From contig OZ024740.1 of NCBI GenBank assembly GCA_964016885.1, positions 236,158,001-236,222,000 on the forward strand: a stretch of DNA of 64,000 bases, in the 5' to 3' direction. Each line of letters opens with the position of its first letter. The stretch's first letter is position 1. Below are positions 41,201 through 55,800 of the stretch, in pieces. Position numbers and translations under genes: made by a program. The stretch comes from Eledone cirrhosa (Eukaryota). The notes below the pieces were generated by a model, which did not search any database, was not told where the DNA came from, and worked only from the letters and a program-made list of their open reading frames with translations.

Positions 41201-44200
41201 AGATAACAGGTATATTGCTAATTCTACAATTTAATAATGTAATCTCTACAGCTAACTGGTATATTGCTAATTCTACAATTTAACAATGTAACCACTACAG
41301 ATAACAGGTATATTGCTAATTCTACAATTTAACAATGTAACCTCTACAGCTAACTGGTATATTGCAAATTCTACAATTTAACGATGTAACCTCTACAGCA
41401 AACTGGTATATTGCTAATTCTACAATTTAACCATGTAACCTCTCTACAGCTAATTGGTATATTGCGAATTCTACAATTTAACAATGTAACAACTATAGCT
41501 AAAGGGTATATTGGTAATTCTACAATTTAACAATTTAACCACTCTATAGCTAACTGGTATATTGCTAAATCTACAATTTAACAATGTAACCACTACAGCT
41601 AACTGGTATATTGCTAATTTTACAATTTAACAATGTAACCGCTACAGATAACAGGTATATTGCTAATTCTACAATTTAACAATGTAACCACTACAGCTAA
41701 CTGGTATATTGCTAATTCTATAATTTAACAATGTAACCACTACAGCTAACGGGTATATTGCTAATTCTACAATTTAACAATGTAACCATTCTACAGCTAA
41801 GTGGTATATTGCTAATTCTACGATTTAACAATGAAACCATTCTACAGCTAACTAGTATATTGATAATTCTACAATTTCACAATGTAACCATTCAGCAGCT
41901 AACTGGTATATTGCTAATTCTACAATTTAACAATGTAACCATTCAACAGCTAACTGGTATATTGCTAATTCTACAATTTAACAATGTAACCCCTCTACTG
42001 CTAACTGGTGTATTGCTAATTCTACAATTTAACAATGTAACCACTACAGCTAACTGGTATATTGCTAAATCTACAATTCAACGATGTAACCACTCTATAG
42101 CTAACTGGTATATTGCTAATCGTCTAATTTAACAATGTAACCCCTCCATAGGTAACTGGTATATTGCTAATTCTACAATTTAACAATATAACCACTACAG
42201 CTAACTGGTATATTGCTAATTCTACAATTTAACAATGTAACCACTACAGCTAACTGGTATATTGCTAATTCTACAATTTAACAATGTAATCAATACAGTT
42301 AACTGGTATGTTGCTAATTCTAAAATTTAACAATGTAACCAATCTACAGATAACTGGTATATTGCTAATCCTACAATTTAACAATGTAACCACTACAGCT
42401 AACTGGTATATTGCTAATTGTAAAATTTAACAATGTAACCATTCTACAGCTAACTGGTATATTGCTAATTGTACAATTTAACAATGTAACCACTCTACAG
42501 CTAACTGGTATATTGCTAATTATACAATTTAACAATCTAACCACTCTACAGCTAACTTGTATATTGCTAATTCTACAAATTAACAATGTCACCACTCTGC
42601 ACCTAACTTGTATATTGCTAATTCTACAACTTAACAATGTAACCACTACAACTAACTGGTGTATTGCTAATTCTACAATTTAACCATGTAAACACACTAC
42701 AGCTAAAAAGGTATATTGCTAATTCTACAAATTAACAATGTCACCACTCTGCACCTAACTTGTATATTGCTAATTTTACAATTTAACAATATAACCACTG
42801 CAGCTAACTGGTATATTGCTAATTCTACAATTTAGCAATGTAAGCAATCTACAGCAAACTGGTATATTGCTAATTCTATAATTTAACAATGTAACCACTA
42901 AATAGCTAACTGGTATATTGCTAATTCTACAATTTAACAATGCAACCGCTCTCCAGCTAATTGGTATATTGCTAGTTCTACAATTTAACAATATAACCAA
43001 TCTACAGATAACTGGTATATTGGTAATCCTACAATTTAACAAAGTAACCATTCTGCACCTAACTTGTATATTGCTAATTCTACAATTTAACAATGTAACC
43101 ACTCTACAGCTAACTGGGATATTGGTAACTCTACAATTTAACAATTTAACAGCTAACTGCTATGCTCCTAATTCTACAATTTAACAAAGTAACCACTTTA
43201 CAGCTAACTGGTTTATAGATAATTCTACAATTTAACAACGTGACCACTACCGTTAACTGGTATATTGCTAATTCTACAATTTAACAATGTAACCACTCTA
43301 CATCTAACTAGTATATTGCTAATTCTATAATTTAACGATGTAACCACTCAATAGCTAACTGGTATATTGCTAATCGTCTAATTTAACAATGTAACCACTC
43401 TACAGCTAATTGGTATATTGCTAATTCTACCTACAATTTAACAACGTAACCTCTCTATAGCTAACTGGTATATTGCTAATTCTATAATTTAACAATGTAA
43501 CCACTAAATAGCTAACTGGTATATTGCTAATTCTACAATTTAACAATGTAACCGCCTCCAGCTAATTGGTATATTGCTAATTCTACAATTTAACAATGTA
43601 ACCAATCTACAGATAACTGGTATGTTGCTATTCCTACAATTTAACAATGTAACCACTCCATAGCTAACTAGTATATTGTTAATTGTACAATTTAACAATG
43701 TAACCACTCTTTAGCTAACTGGTATATTGCTAATAATATAATTTAACAATGTAACCAATACAGCTAACTGGTATATTGCTAATTCTACAATTTAACAATA
43801 TAACCACTACAGCTAACTGGTATATTGCTAATTCTACAATTTAATAATGTAACCACTATACAGCTAATTGGTATATTGCTAATTATACAATTTAACAATA
43901 TAACCACTCTACAGCAAACTGGTATATTGCTAATTCTATAATTTAACAATGTAACCACTCTATAGCTAACTGGTATATTGCTAATTCTACAATCTAACAA
44001 TGTAACCCCTCTCCAGCTAGCTGGTATATTGCTAATTGTACATTTAACAATTAAACCACTCTATAAGCTAACTGGTATAATGCTAATTCTATAATTTAAC
44101 AATGTAACCACTACAGCTATCTGGTATATTGATAATTCTACAATTTAACAATGTAACCACTACCGTTAACTGGTATATTGCTAATTCTACAATTTAACAA

Positions 44201-45379
44201 TGTAACCACTCTACAGCTAACTGGTATTTTGCTAATTCTACAATTTGACAATCTAACCACTACAGCTAACTGGTATATTTCTAATTCTACAATTTAACAA
44301 TGTAACCACTATAGCTAACTGGTATATAGCTATTTCTACAATTTAACAATAAAACCACTCTACAGCTAACTGGTATATAGCTATTTCTACAACTTAACAA
44401 TATAACAACTACAGTTAATTGGTATATTGCTAATTCTACAATTTAACAATGTAACCACTCTTTAGCTAACTGGTATATTGCTAATTCTACAATTTAACAA
44501 AGTAACTACTCTACAGCTAAATGGTATATGGCTAATTCTACAATTTAAATATGTCACCACTACAGCTAACTGGTATATTGCGGATTCCACAATTTAACAA
44601 ATTAACCACTATAGCTAACTGGTATATTGCTAATTCTAAAATTTAACAATGTAACCAATCTACAGATAATTGGTATATTGCTAATCCTACAATTTAACAA
44701 TGTAACCACTACAGCTAACTGGTATATTGCTAATTCTACAATTTAACAATGTAATCAATACAGTTAACTGGTATATTGCTAATTCTACAATTTAACAATG
44801 TAATCAATACAGTTAACTGGTATATTGCTAATTCTAAAATTTAACAGTGTAACAAATCTACAGATAACTGGTATATTGCTAATCCTACAACTTAACAATG
44901 TAACCACTCTACAGCTAACTTGTATATTGGTAATTCTACAATTTAACAATGTAACCACTCTGCACCTAACTTGTATATTGCTAATTCTCTACAATTTAAC
45001 AATGTAACCACTCTACAGCTAACTGGGATATTGGTAGTTCTTAAATTTAACAATTTCACCAATCTACAGCTAACTGGTATATTGCTAACTCTACAAGTTA
45101 ATAATGTAACCACTCTAAAGCTAACTGGGATATTGGTACATCTACAATTTAACTATGTTATCACTCTACAGTTAACTGGTATGTTGCTGATTCTACAATT
45201 TAACAATGTAACTACTCAACAGCTAATTGGTATATTGCTATTCTACAATTTAAGAATGTAACCTCTCTATAGCTAACTTGTATATTGCTAATTCTACAAT
45301 TTAACGATGAAACCACTTTATAGCTAACTGGTATATTGCTAATTCTACAATTTAACAATGTACCCACACTATAGCTAAC

Positions 45380-48300
45380 TGGTATATTGCTAATTCTACA
45401 ATTTAACAATGTACCCACACTATAGCTCACTGGTATATTGCTAATTCTACAATTTAACAATGTAGCCGCTACAGCTAACTGTTATATTGCTAATTCTACA
45501 ATTTAACAATGTAACCACTACAGCTAACTGATATATTGCTCATTCTATAATTTAACAATGTAACCAGTACCGTTAACTGGTATATTGCTGTTTCTAAAAT
45601 TTAACAATGTAACCACTACAGGTAACTGGTATATTGCTCATTCTACAATTTAAGAACGTAACCACTACAACTAACTGGTGTATTTCTAATTCTACAATTT
45701 TACCATGTAAACACTCTACAGCTAAAAAGGTATATAGCTATTTCTACAATTTAACAATGTAACCACTCTACAACTAACTGGTATATTGCTTATTCTACAA
45801 TTTAACAATTTAACCACTCTATAGCTAACTGGTATATTGCTAATTCTACAATTTAACAATGTAACCACTCTACAGCTAATTGGTATATTGCTAATTCTAC
45901 AATTTAACAATGTAACCTTTCTACAGCTACCTTGTATATTGCTAATTCTACAATTTAACAATGTAACCCCTCTACTGCTAACTGGTATATTGCTAATTCT
46001 ACAATTTAACCATGTAAACACTCTCCAGATAAAAAGGTATATAGCTAATCCTACAATTTAACAATGTAACCACTACAGCTAAATGGTATATTGCTAATTC
46101 TTACAATTTAACAATGTAACCATTCTATAGCTAACTGGTATATTGCTAATTCCAAAATTTAAAAATTTAACAACTATAGCTAACGGGTGCATTGATAATT
46201 TTACAATTTGACAATGTAACCACTCTACAGCTAACTGGTATATTGATAATTCTACAATTTAACAATGTCACCACTACAGCTAACAGGTATATTGCGAATT
46301 CTACAATTTAACAATGTAACCGCTACAGCTAACTGGTATATTGCTAATTCTTAAATTTAACAATGTAACAACTATAGCTAACGGGTGAATTCCTAATTCT
46401 AAAATTTGACAATGTAACCACTCTACAGATAACTGGTATGTTGCTAATCCTACAATTTAACAATGTAACCACTACAACTAACTGGTATATGGCTAATTGT
46501 AAAATTTAACAATGTAACCACTCTACAGTTAAATTGTAGAGTTAACAATATACCAGTTAACAAAGTAACCACTCTGCACCTAACTTGTATATTGCTAATT
46601 CTACAATTTAACAATGTAATCACTCTACAGCTAACTGGGATATTGCTAATTCTACAATTTAACAACGTAACCACTTTACAGCTAACTGGTTTATTGCTAA
46701 TTCTACAATTTAACAATGTTATCACTCTACAGTTAACTGGTATATTGCTAATTCTACAATTTAACAATGTAACCCCTCTCTGCTAACTGGTATATAACTA
46801 ATTCTACAATTTAACAACGTAACCACTCTACAGCTACCTTGTATATTGCTAATTCTACACATTAACAATGTAACCCCTCTCTGCTAACTGGTATATTGCT
46901 AATTCTACAATTCAACGATGTAACCCCTCTATAGCTAACTGGTATATTGCTAATTCTACTATTTAACAAGTAACCAATCTACAGCTAACTGGTATATTGC
47001 TAATTCTATAATTGAACAATGTAAACACTCTACAGCTTACTGTTATATTGCTAATTCTACAATTTAACAATGTAACCACTACAGCTAACTGATATATTGC
47101 TAATTCTATAATTTAACAATGTAACCACTACCGTTAACTGGTATATTGCTAATTCTACAATTTAAGAACGTAACCACTCTATATCTAACTAGTATATTGC
47201 TAATTCTACAATTTAACAATGTAACCACACAATAGCTAACTGGTATATTGCTAATTCTACAATTTAACAATGTGGCCACTCTATAGCTAACCGGTATATT
47301 GCTAATTCTACAATTTAACAATGTAACCACTCCATAGGTAACTGGTATATTGCTAATTCTACAATTTAACAATTTAACCACTACAGCTAACTGGTATATT
47401 GCTAATCCTACAACGTAACAATGTAATCAATACAGTTGCCTGGTGTATTGCTAATTCTACATTTTAACATCGTAACCACTCCTTAGTTAAATTGTAGAAT
47501 TAGCAATATACCAGTTAGCTATGTAACCACTACAGCTAAGTGGTATATTGCTAATTCTACAATTTAACAATGTAACCATTATAGCTAACGGGTATATTGC
47601 TAATTCTACAATTTAACAATGTTATCACTCTACAATTAACTGGTATATTGCTAATTCTACAATTTAACAATGTAACCACTCTACAGCTAATTGGTATATT
47701 GCTAATTCTACAATTTAACAATGTAACCTCGCTACAGCTACCTTGTATGTTGCTAATTCTACAATTTAACAATGTAACCACTACAGCTAACTGGTATATT
47801 GCTAATTCTAAAATTTAACAATGTAACAATTATAGCTAACGGGTGCATTGCTAATTCTACAATTTGACAATGTAACCACTCTACAGCTAACCGGTGTATT
47901 GCTAATTCTACAATTTAACAATGTAACCAATCTACAGCTAACTGGTATATTGCTAATTCTACAATTTAACAAAGTAACCAATCTACAGATAACTGGTATA
48001 TTGCTAATCCTACAATGTAACAATGTAACCAGTACAGCTAACTGGTATATTGCTAATTCTACAAATTAACAACGTAACCACTTTACAGATAACTGGTTTA
48101 TTGCTGATTCTACAATTTAACAATGTAACCACTACAGCTAACTGATATATTGCTCATTCTATAATTTAACAATGTAACCAGTACCGTTAACTGGTATATT
48201 GCTGTTTCTAAAATTTAACAATGTAACCACTACAGTTAACTGGTATATTGCTAATTCTACAATTTAAGAACGTAACCACTCTACATTTAACAAGTATATT

Positions 48301-51300
48301 GCAAATTCTACAATTTAACGATGTAACAACTCTATAGCTAACTGGTATATTGCTAATAGTCTAATTTGACAATGTAACCACTCTATAGCTAACTGGTATA
48401 TTGCTAATACTACAATTTAACAATTTAACCACTACAGCTAACTGGTATATTGCTAATTCTACAATTTAACAATGTAACCACTCTACAGCTAACTGGTGTA
48501 TTGCTAATTCTACAATTTAACAATATAACCACTACAACTAACTGGTGTATTTCTAATTCTACAATTTTACCATGTAAACACTCTACAGCTAAAAAGGTAT
48601 ATAGCTATTTCTACAATTTAACAATGTAACCACTCTACAACTAACTGGTATATTGCTTATTCTACAATTTAACAATTTAACCACTCTATAGCTAACTGGT
48701 ATATTGCTAATTCTACAATTTAACAATGTAACCTTTCTACAGCTACCTTGTATATTGCTAATTCTACAATTTAACAATGTAACCCCTCTACTGCTAACTG
48801 GTATATTGCTAATTCTACAATTTAACCATGTAAACACTCTCCAGATAAAAAGGTATATAGCTAATCCTACAATTTAACAATGTAACCACTACAGCTAAAT
48901 GGTATATTGCTAATTCTTACAATTTAACAATGTAACCATTCTATAGCTAACTGGTATATTGCTAATTCCAAAATTTAAAAATTTAACAACTATAGCTAAC
49001 GGGTGCATTGATAATTTTACAATTTCACAATGTAACCACTCTACAGCTAACTGGTATATTGCTAATTCTACAATTTAACAATGTACCCACACTATAGCTC
49101 ACTGGTATATTGCTAATTCTACAATTTAACAATGTAGCCGCTACAGCTAACTGTTATATTGCTAATTCTACAATTTAACAATGTAACCACTACAGCTAAC
49201 TGATATATTGCTCATTCTATAATTTAACAATGTAACCAGTACCGTTAACTGGTATATTGCTGTTTCTAAAATTTAACAATGTAACCACTACAGGTAACTG
49301 GTATATTGCTCATTCTACAATTTAAGAACGTAACCACTCTACATTTAACAAGTATATTGCAAATTCTACAATTTAACAATTTAACCACTACAGCTAACTG
49401 GTATATTGCTAATTCTACAATTTAACAATGTAACCACTCTACAGCTAACTGGTGTATTGCTAATTCTACAATTTAACAATATAACCACTACAACTAACTG
49501 GTGTATTTCTAATTCTACAATTTTACCATGTAAACACTCTACAGCTAAAAAGGTATATAGCTATTTCTACAATTTAACAATGTAACCACTCTACAACTAA
49601 CTGGTATATTGCTTATTCTACAATTTAACAATTTAACCACTCTATAGCTAACTGGTATATTGCTAATTCTACAATTTAACAATGTAACCACTCTACAGCT
49701 AATTGGTATATTGCTAATTCTACAATTTAACAATGTAACCTTTCTACAGCTACCTTGTATATTGCTAATTCTACAATTTAACAATGTAACCCCTCTACTG
49801 CTAACTGGTATATTGCTAATTCTACAATTTAACCATGTAAACACTCTCCAGATAAAAAGGTATATAGCTAATCCTACAATTTAACAATGTAACCACTACA
49901 GCTAAATGGTATATTGCTAATTCTTACAATTTAACAATGTAACCATTCTATAGCTAACTGGTATATTGCTAATTCCAAAATTTAAAAATTTAACAACTAT
50001 AGCTAACGGGTGCATTGATAATTTTACAATTTGACAATGTAACCACTCTACAGCTAACTGGTATATTGATAATTCTACAATTTAACAATGTCACCACTAC
50101 AGCTAACAGGTATATTGCGAATTCTACAATTTAACAATGTAACCGCTACAGCTAACTGGTATATTGCTAATTCTTAAATTTAACAATGTAACAACTATAG
50201 CTAACGGGTGAATTCCTAATTCTAAAATTTGACAATGTAACCACTCTACAGATAACTGGTATGTTGCTAATCCTACAATTTAACAATGTAACCACTACAA
50301 CTAACTGGTATATGGCTAATTGTAAAATTTAACAATGTAACCACTCTACAGTTAAATTGTAGAGTTAACAATATACCAGTTAACAAAGTAACCACTCTGC
50401 ACCTAACTTGTATATTGCTAATTCTACAATTTAACAATGTAATCACTCTACAGCTAACTGGGATATTGCTAATTCTACAATTTAACAACGTAACCACTTT
50501 ACAGCTAACTGGTTTATTGCTAATTCTACAATTTAACAATGTTATCACTCTACAGTTAACTGGTATATTGCTAATTCTACAATTTAACAATGTAACCCCT
50601 CTCTGCTAACTGGTATATAACTAATTCTACAATTTAACAACGTAACCACTCTACAGCTACCTTGTATATTGCTAATTCTACACATTAACAATGTAACCCC
50701 TCTCTGCTAACTGGTATATTGCTAATTCTACAATTCAACGATGTAACCCCTCTATAGCTAACTGGTATATTGCTAATTCTACTATTTAACAAGTAACCAA
50801 TCTACAGCTAACTGGTATATTGCTAATTCTATAATTGAACAATGTAAACACTCTACAGCTTACTGTTATATTGCTAATTCTACAATTTAACAATGTAACC
50901 ACTACAGCTAACTGATATATTGCTAATTCTATAATTTAACAATGTAACCACTACCGTTAACTGGTATATTGCTAATTCTACAATTTAAGAACGTAACCAC
51001 TCTATATCTAACTAGTATATTGCTAATTCTACAATTTAACAATGTAACCACACAATAGCTAACTGGTATATTGCTAATTCTACAATTTAACAATGTGGCC
51101 ACTCTATAGCTAACCGGTATATTGCTAATTCTACAATTTAACAATGTAACCACTCCATAGGTAACTGGTATATTGCTAATTCTACAATTTAACAATTTAA
51201 CCACTACAGCTAACTGGTATATTGCTAATCCTACAACGTAACAATGTAATCAATACAGTTGCCTGGTGTATTGCTAATTCTACATTTTAACATCGTAACC

Positions 51301-52885
51301 ACTCCTTAGTTAAATTGTAGAATTAGCAATATACCAGTTAGCTATGTAACCACTACAGCTAAGTGGTATATTGCTAATTCTACAATTTAACAATGTAACC
51401 ATTATAGCTAACGGGTATATTGCTAATTCTACAATTTAACAATGTTATCACTCTACAATTAACTGGTATATTGCTAATTCTACAATTTAACAATGTAACC
51501 ACTCTACAGCTAATTGGTATATTGCTAATTCTACAATTTAACAATGTAACCTCGCTACAGCTACCTTGTATGTTGCTAATTCTACAATTTAACAATGTAA
51601 CCACTACAGCTAACTGGTATATTGCTAATTCTAAAATTTAACAATGTAACAATTATAGCTAACGGGTGCATTGCTAATTCTACAATTTGACAATGTAACC
51701 ACTCTACAGCTAACCGGTGTATTGCTAATTCTACAATTTAACAATGTAACCAATCTACAGCTAACTGGTATATTGCTAATTCTACAATTTAACAAAGTAA
51801 CCAATCTACAGATAACTGGTATATTGCTAATCCTACAATGTAACAATGTAACCAGTACAGCTAACTGGTATATTGCTAATTCTACAAATTAACAACGTAA
51901 CCACTTTACAGATAACTGGTTTATTGCTGATTCTACAATTTAACAATGTAACCACTACAGCTAACTGATATATTGCTCATTCTATAATTTAACAATGTAA
52001 CCAGTACCGTTAACTGGTATATTGCTGTTTCTAAAATTTAACAATGTAACCACTACAGTTAACTGGTATATTGCTAATTCTACAATTTAAGAACGTAACC
52101 ACTCTACATTTAACAAGTATATTGCAAATTCTACAATTTAACGATGTAACAACTCTATAGCTAACTGGTATATTGCTAATAGTCTAATTTGACAATGTAA
52201 CCACTCTATAGCTAACTGGTATATTGCTAATACTACAATTTAACAATTTAACCACTACAGCTAACTGGTATATTGCTAATTCTACAATTTAACAATGTAA
52301 CCACTCTACAGCTAACTGGTGTATTGCTAATTCTACAATTTAACAATATAACCACTACAACTAACTGGTGTATTTCTAATTCTACAATTTTACCATGTAA
52401 ACACTCTACAGCTAAAAAGGTATATAGCTATTTCTACAATTTAACAATGTAACCACTCTACAACTAACTGGTATATTGCTTATTCTACAATTTAACAATT
52501 TAACCACTCTATAGCTAACTGGTATATTGCTAATTCTACAATTTAACAATGTAACCTTTCTACAGCTACCTTGTATATTGCTAATTCTACAATTTAACAA
52601 TGTAACCCCTCTACTGCTAACTGGTATATTGCTAATTCTACAATTTAACCATGTAAACACTCTCCAGATAAAAAGGTATATAGCTAATCCTACAATTTAA
52701 CAATGTAACCACTACAGCTAAATGGTATATTGCTAATTCTTACAATTTAACAATGTAACCATTCTATAGCTAACTGGTATATTGCTAATTCCAAAATTTA
52801 AAAATTTAACAACTATAGCTAACGGGTGCATTGATAATTTTACAATTTCACAATGTAACCACTCTACAGCTAACTGGTATATTGA
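45380..52885. repeat. Near-identical tandem duplication within the satellite, offset 3823 bp over most of its length
   Basis: Identical ORF-track translations at 45722/49545, 46450/50273, 47106/50929, 47557/51380, 47808/51631 and 48589/52412, all differing by 3823. Confidence 0.92.
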
Positions 52886-55800
52886 TAATTCTACAATTTA
52901 ACAATGTCACCACTACAGCTAACAGGTATATTGCGAATTCTACAATTTAACAATGTAACCGCTACATCTAACTGGTATATTGCTAATTCTTAAATTTAAC
53001 AATTTAACAACTATAGCTAACGGGTGCATTCCTAATTCTAAAATTTGACAATGTAACCACTCTACAGATAACTGGTATGTTGCTAATCCTACAATTTAAC
53101 AATGTAACCACTACAACTAACTGGTATATCGCTAATTGTAAAATTTAACAATGTAACCACTCTACAGTTAAATTGTAGAGTTAACAATATACCAGTTAAC
53201 AAAGTAACCACTCTGCACCTAACTTGTATATTGCTAATTCTACAATTTAACAATGTAATCACTCTACAGCTAACTGGGATATTGCTAATTCTACAATTTA
53301 ACAACGTAACCACTTTACAGCTAACTGGTTTATTGCTAATTCTACAATTTAACAATGTTATCACTCTACAGTTAACTGGTATATTGCTAATTCTACAATT
53401 TAACAATGTAACCCCTCTCTGCTAACTGGTATATAGCTAATTCTACAATTTAACAACGTAACCACTCTACAGCTACCTTGTATATTGCTAATTCTACACA
53501 TTAACAATGTAATCCCTCTCTGCTAACTGGTATATTGCTAATTCTACAATTCAACGATGTAACCGCTCTACAGCTAACTGGTATATTGCTAATTCTACAA
53601 TTTAACAATGTAAACACTCTACAGCTTACTGTTATATTGCTAATTCTACAATTTAACAATGTAACCACTACCGTTAACTGGTATATTGCTAATTCTACAA
53701 TTTAAGAACGTAACCACTCTATATCTAACTAGTATATTGCTAATTCTACAATTTAACAATGTAACCACACAATAGCTAACTGGTATATTGCTAATTCTAC
53801 AATTTAACAATGTGGCCACTCTATAGCTAACCGGTATATTGCTAATTCTACAATTTAACAATGTAACCACTCCATAGGTAACTGGTATATTGCTAATTCT
53901 ACAATTTAACAATTTAACCACTACAGCTAACTGGTATATTGCTAATCCTACAACGTAACAATGTAATCAATACAGTTGCCTGGTGTATTGCTAATTCTAC
54001 ATTTTAACATCGTAACCACTCCTTAGTTAAATTGTAGAATTAGCAATATACCAGTTAGCTGTAGTGGTTACGTAGTTAAATTGTAGAATTAGCAATATAC
54101 CAGTTAGCTATGTAACCACTACAGCTTACTGGTATATTGCTAATACTACAATTTAACAATGTAACTAATACAAATAACTGGTATATTGCTAATTCTACAA
54201 TTTAACAATGTAACCACTCTATAGCTAACTGGTATATTGCTAATTCTACAATTTAACAATGTAACCATTATAGCTAACGGGTATATTGCTAATTCTACAA
54301 TTTAACAATGTTATCACTCTACAATTAACTGGTATATTGCTAATTCTACAATTTAACAACGTAACCACTCTACAGCTAATTGGTATATTGCTAATTCTAC
54401 AATTTAACAATGTAACCACTACAGCTAACTGGTATATTGCTAATTCTAAAATTTAACAATGTAACAACTATAGCTAACGGGTGCATTACTAATTCTACAA
54501 TTTGACAATGTAACCACTCTACAGCTAACCGGTATATTGCTAATTCTACAATTTAACAATGTAACCAATCTACAGCTAACTGGTATATTGCTAATTCTAC
54601 AATTTAACAAAGTAACCAATCTACAGATAACTGGTATATTGCTAATCCTACAATGTAACAATGTAACCAGTACAGCTAACTGGTATATTGCTAATTCTAC
54701 AAATTAACAACGTAACCACCTTACAGATAACTGGTTTATTGCTGATTCTACAATTTAACAATGTAACCTCTCTATAGCTAACTGGTATATTATTAATTCT
54801 ACAATTTAACAATGTAACTCGTCTACTGCTAACTGGTATATTGCTAATTCTACTATTTAACAATGTAACCCCTCTATAGCTAACTGGTATATTGATAATT
54901 CTACAATTTAACAACGTAACCACTCTACAGCAAATTGGTATATTGCTAATTCTACAATTTAATAATGTAACCACTCTATAGCTAACTGGTTTATTGCTAA
55001 TTCTACAATTTTACAATGTTATCACTCTACAGCTAACTGGTATATTGCTAATTCTACAATTAACAATGTAACCCCTCTCCAGCTAACAGGTATATTGCTA
55101 ATTCTACAATTTAACAATGTACCCACACTATAGCTAACTGGTATATTGCTAATTCTACAATTTAACATGGATCCCCTCTGCAGCTAAATGGTATAATGCT
55201 AATTCTCAATTTAACAATGTAACCACTCTACAGCTAACTGGTATATTGCTAATTCTACAATTTAACATGGATCCCCTCTGCAGCTAAATGGTATAATGCT
55301 AATTCTACAATTTAACAATGTAACCACTCTACAGCTAACTGGTATATTGCTAATTCTACAATTTAACAATGTAACTAATACAACTAACTGGTATATTGCT
55401 AATTCTACAATTTAACAATGTAACCATTCTACAGCTAACTGGTATATTGCTAATTCTACTATTTACATTGTAACCCCTCTATAGCTAACTGGTATATTGA
55501 TAATTCTACAATTTAATCATGTAACCACTCTATAGCTAACTGGTTTATTGCTAATTCTACAATTTAACAATGTTATCACTCTACAGCTAACTGGTATATT
55601 GCTAATTCTACAATTTAACAATTAAACCACTCTATAGCTAACTGGTATATTGCTAATTCTACAATTTAACATGTAACCACTCTACAGCTAAATGGTATAA
55701 TGCTAATTCTATAATTTAACAATGTAACCACTACAGCTAACTGGTATGTTGCTAATTTGACAATTTAACAATATAACAACTACAGTTAACTGGTATATTG

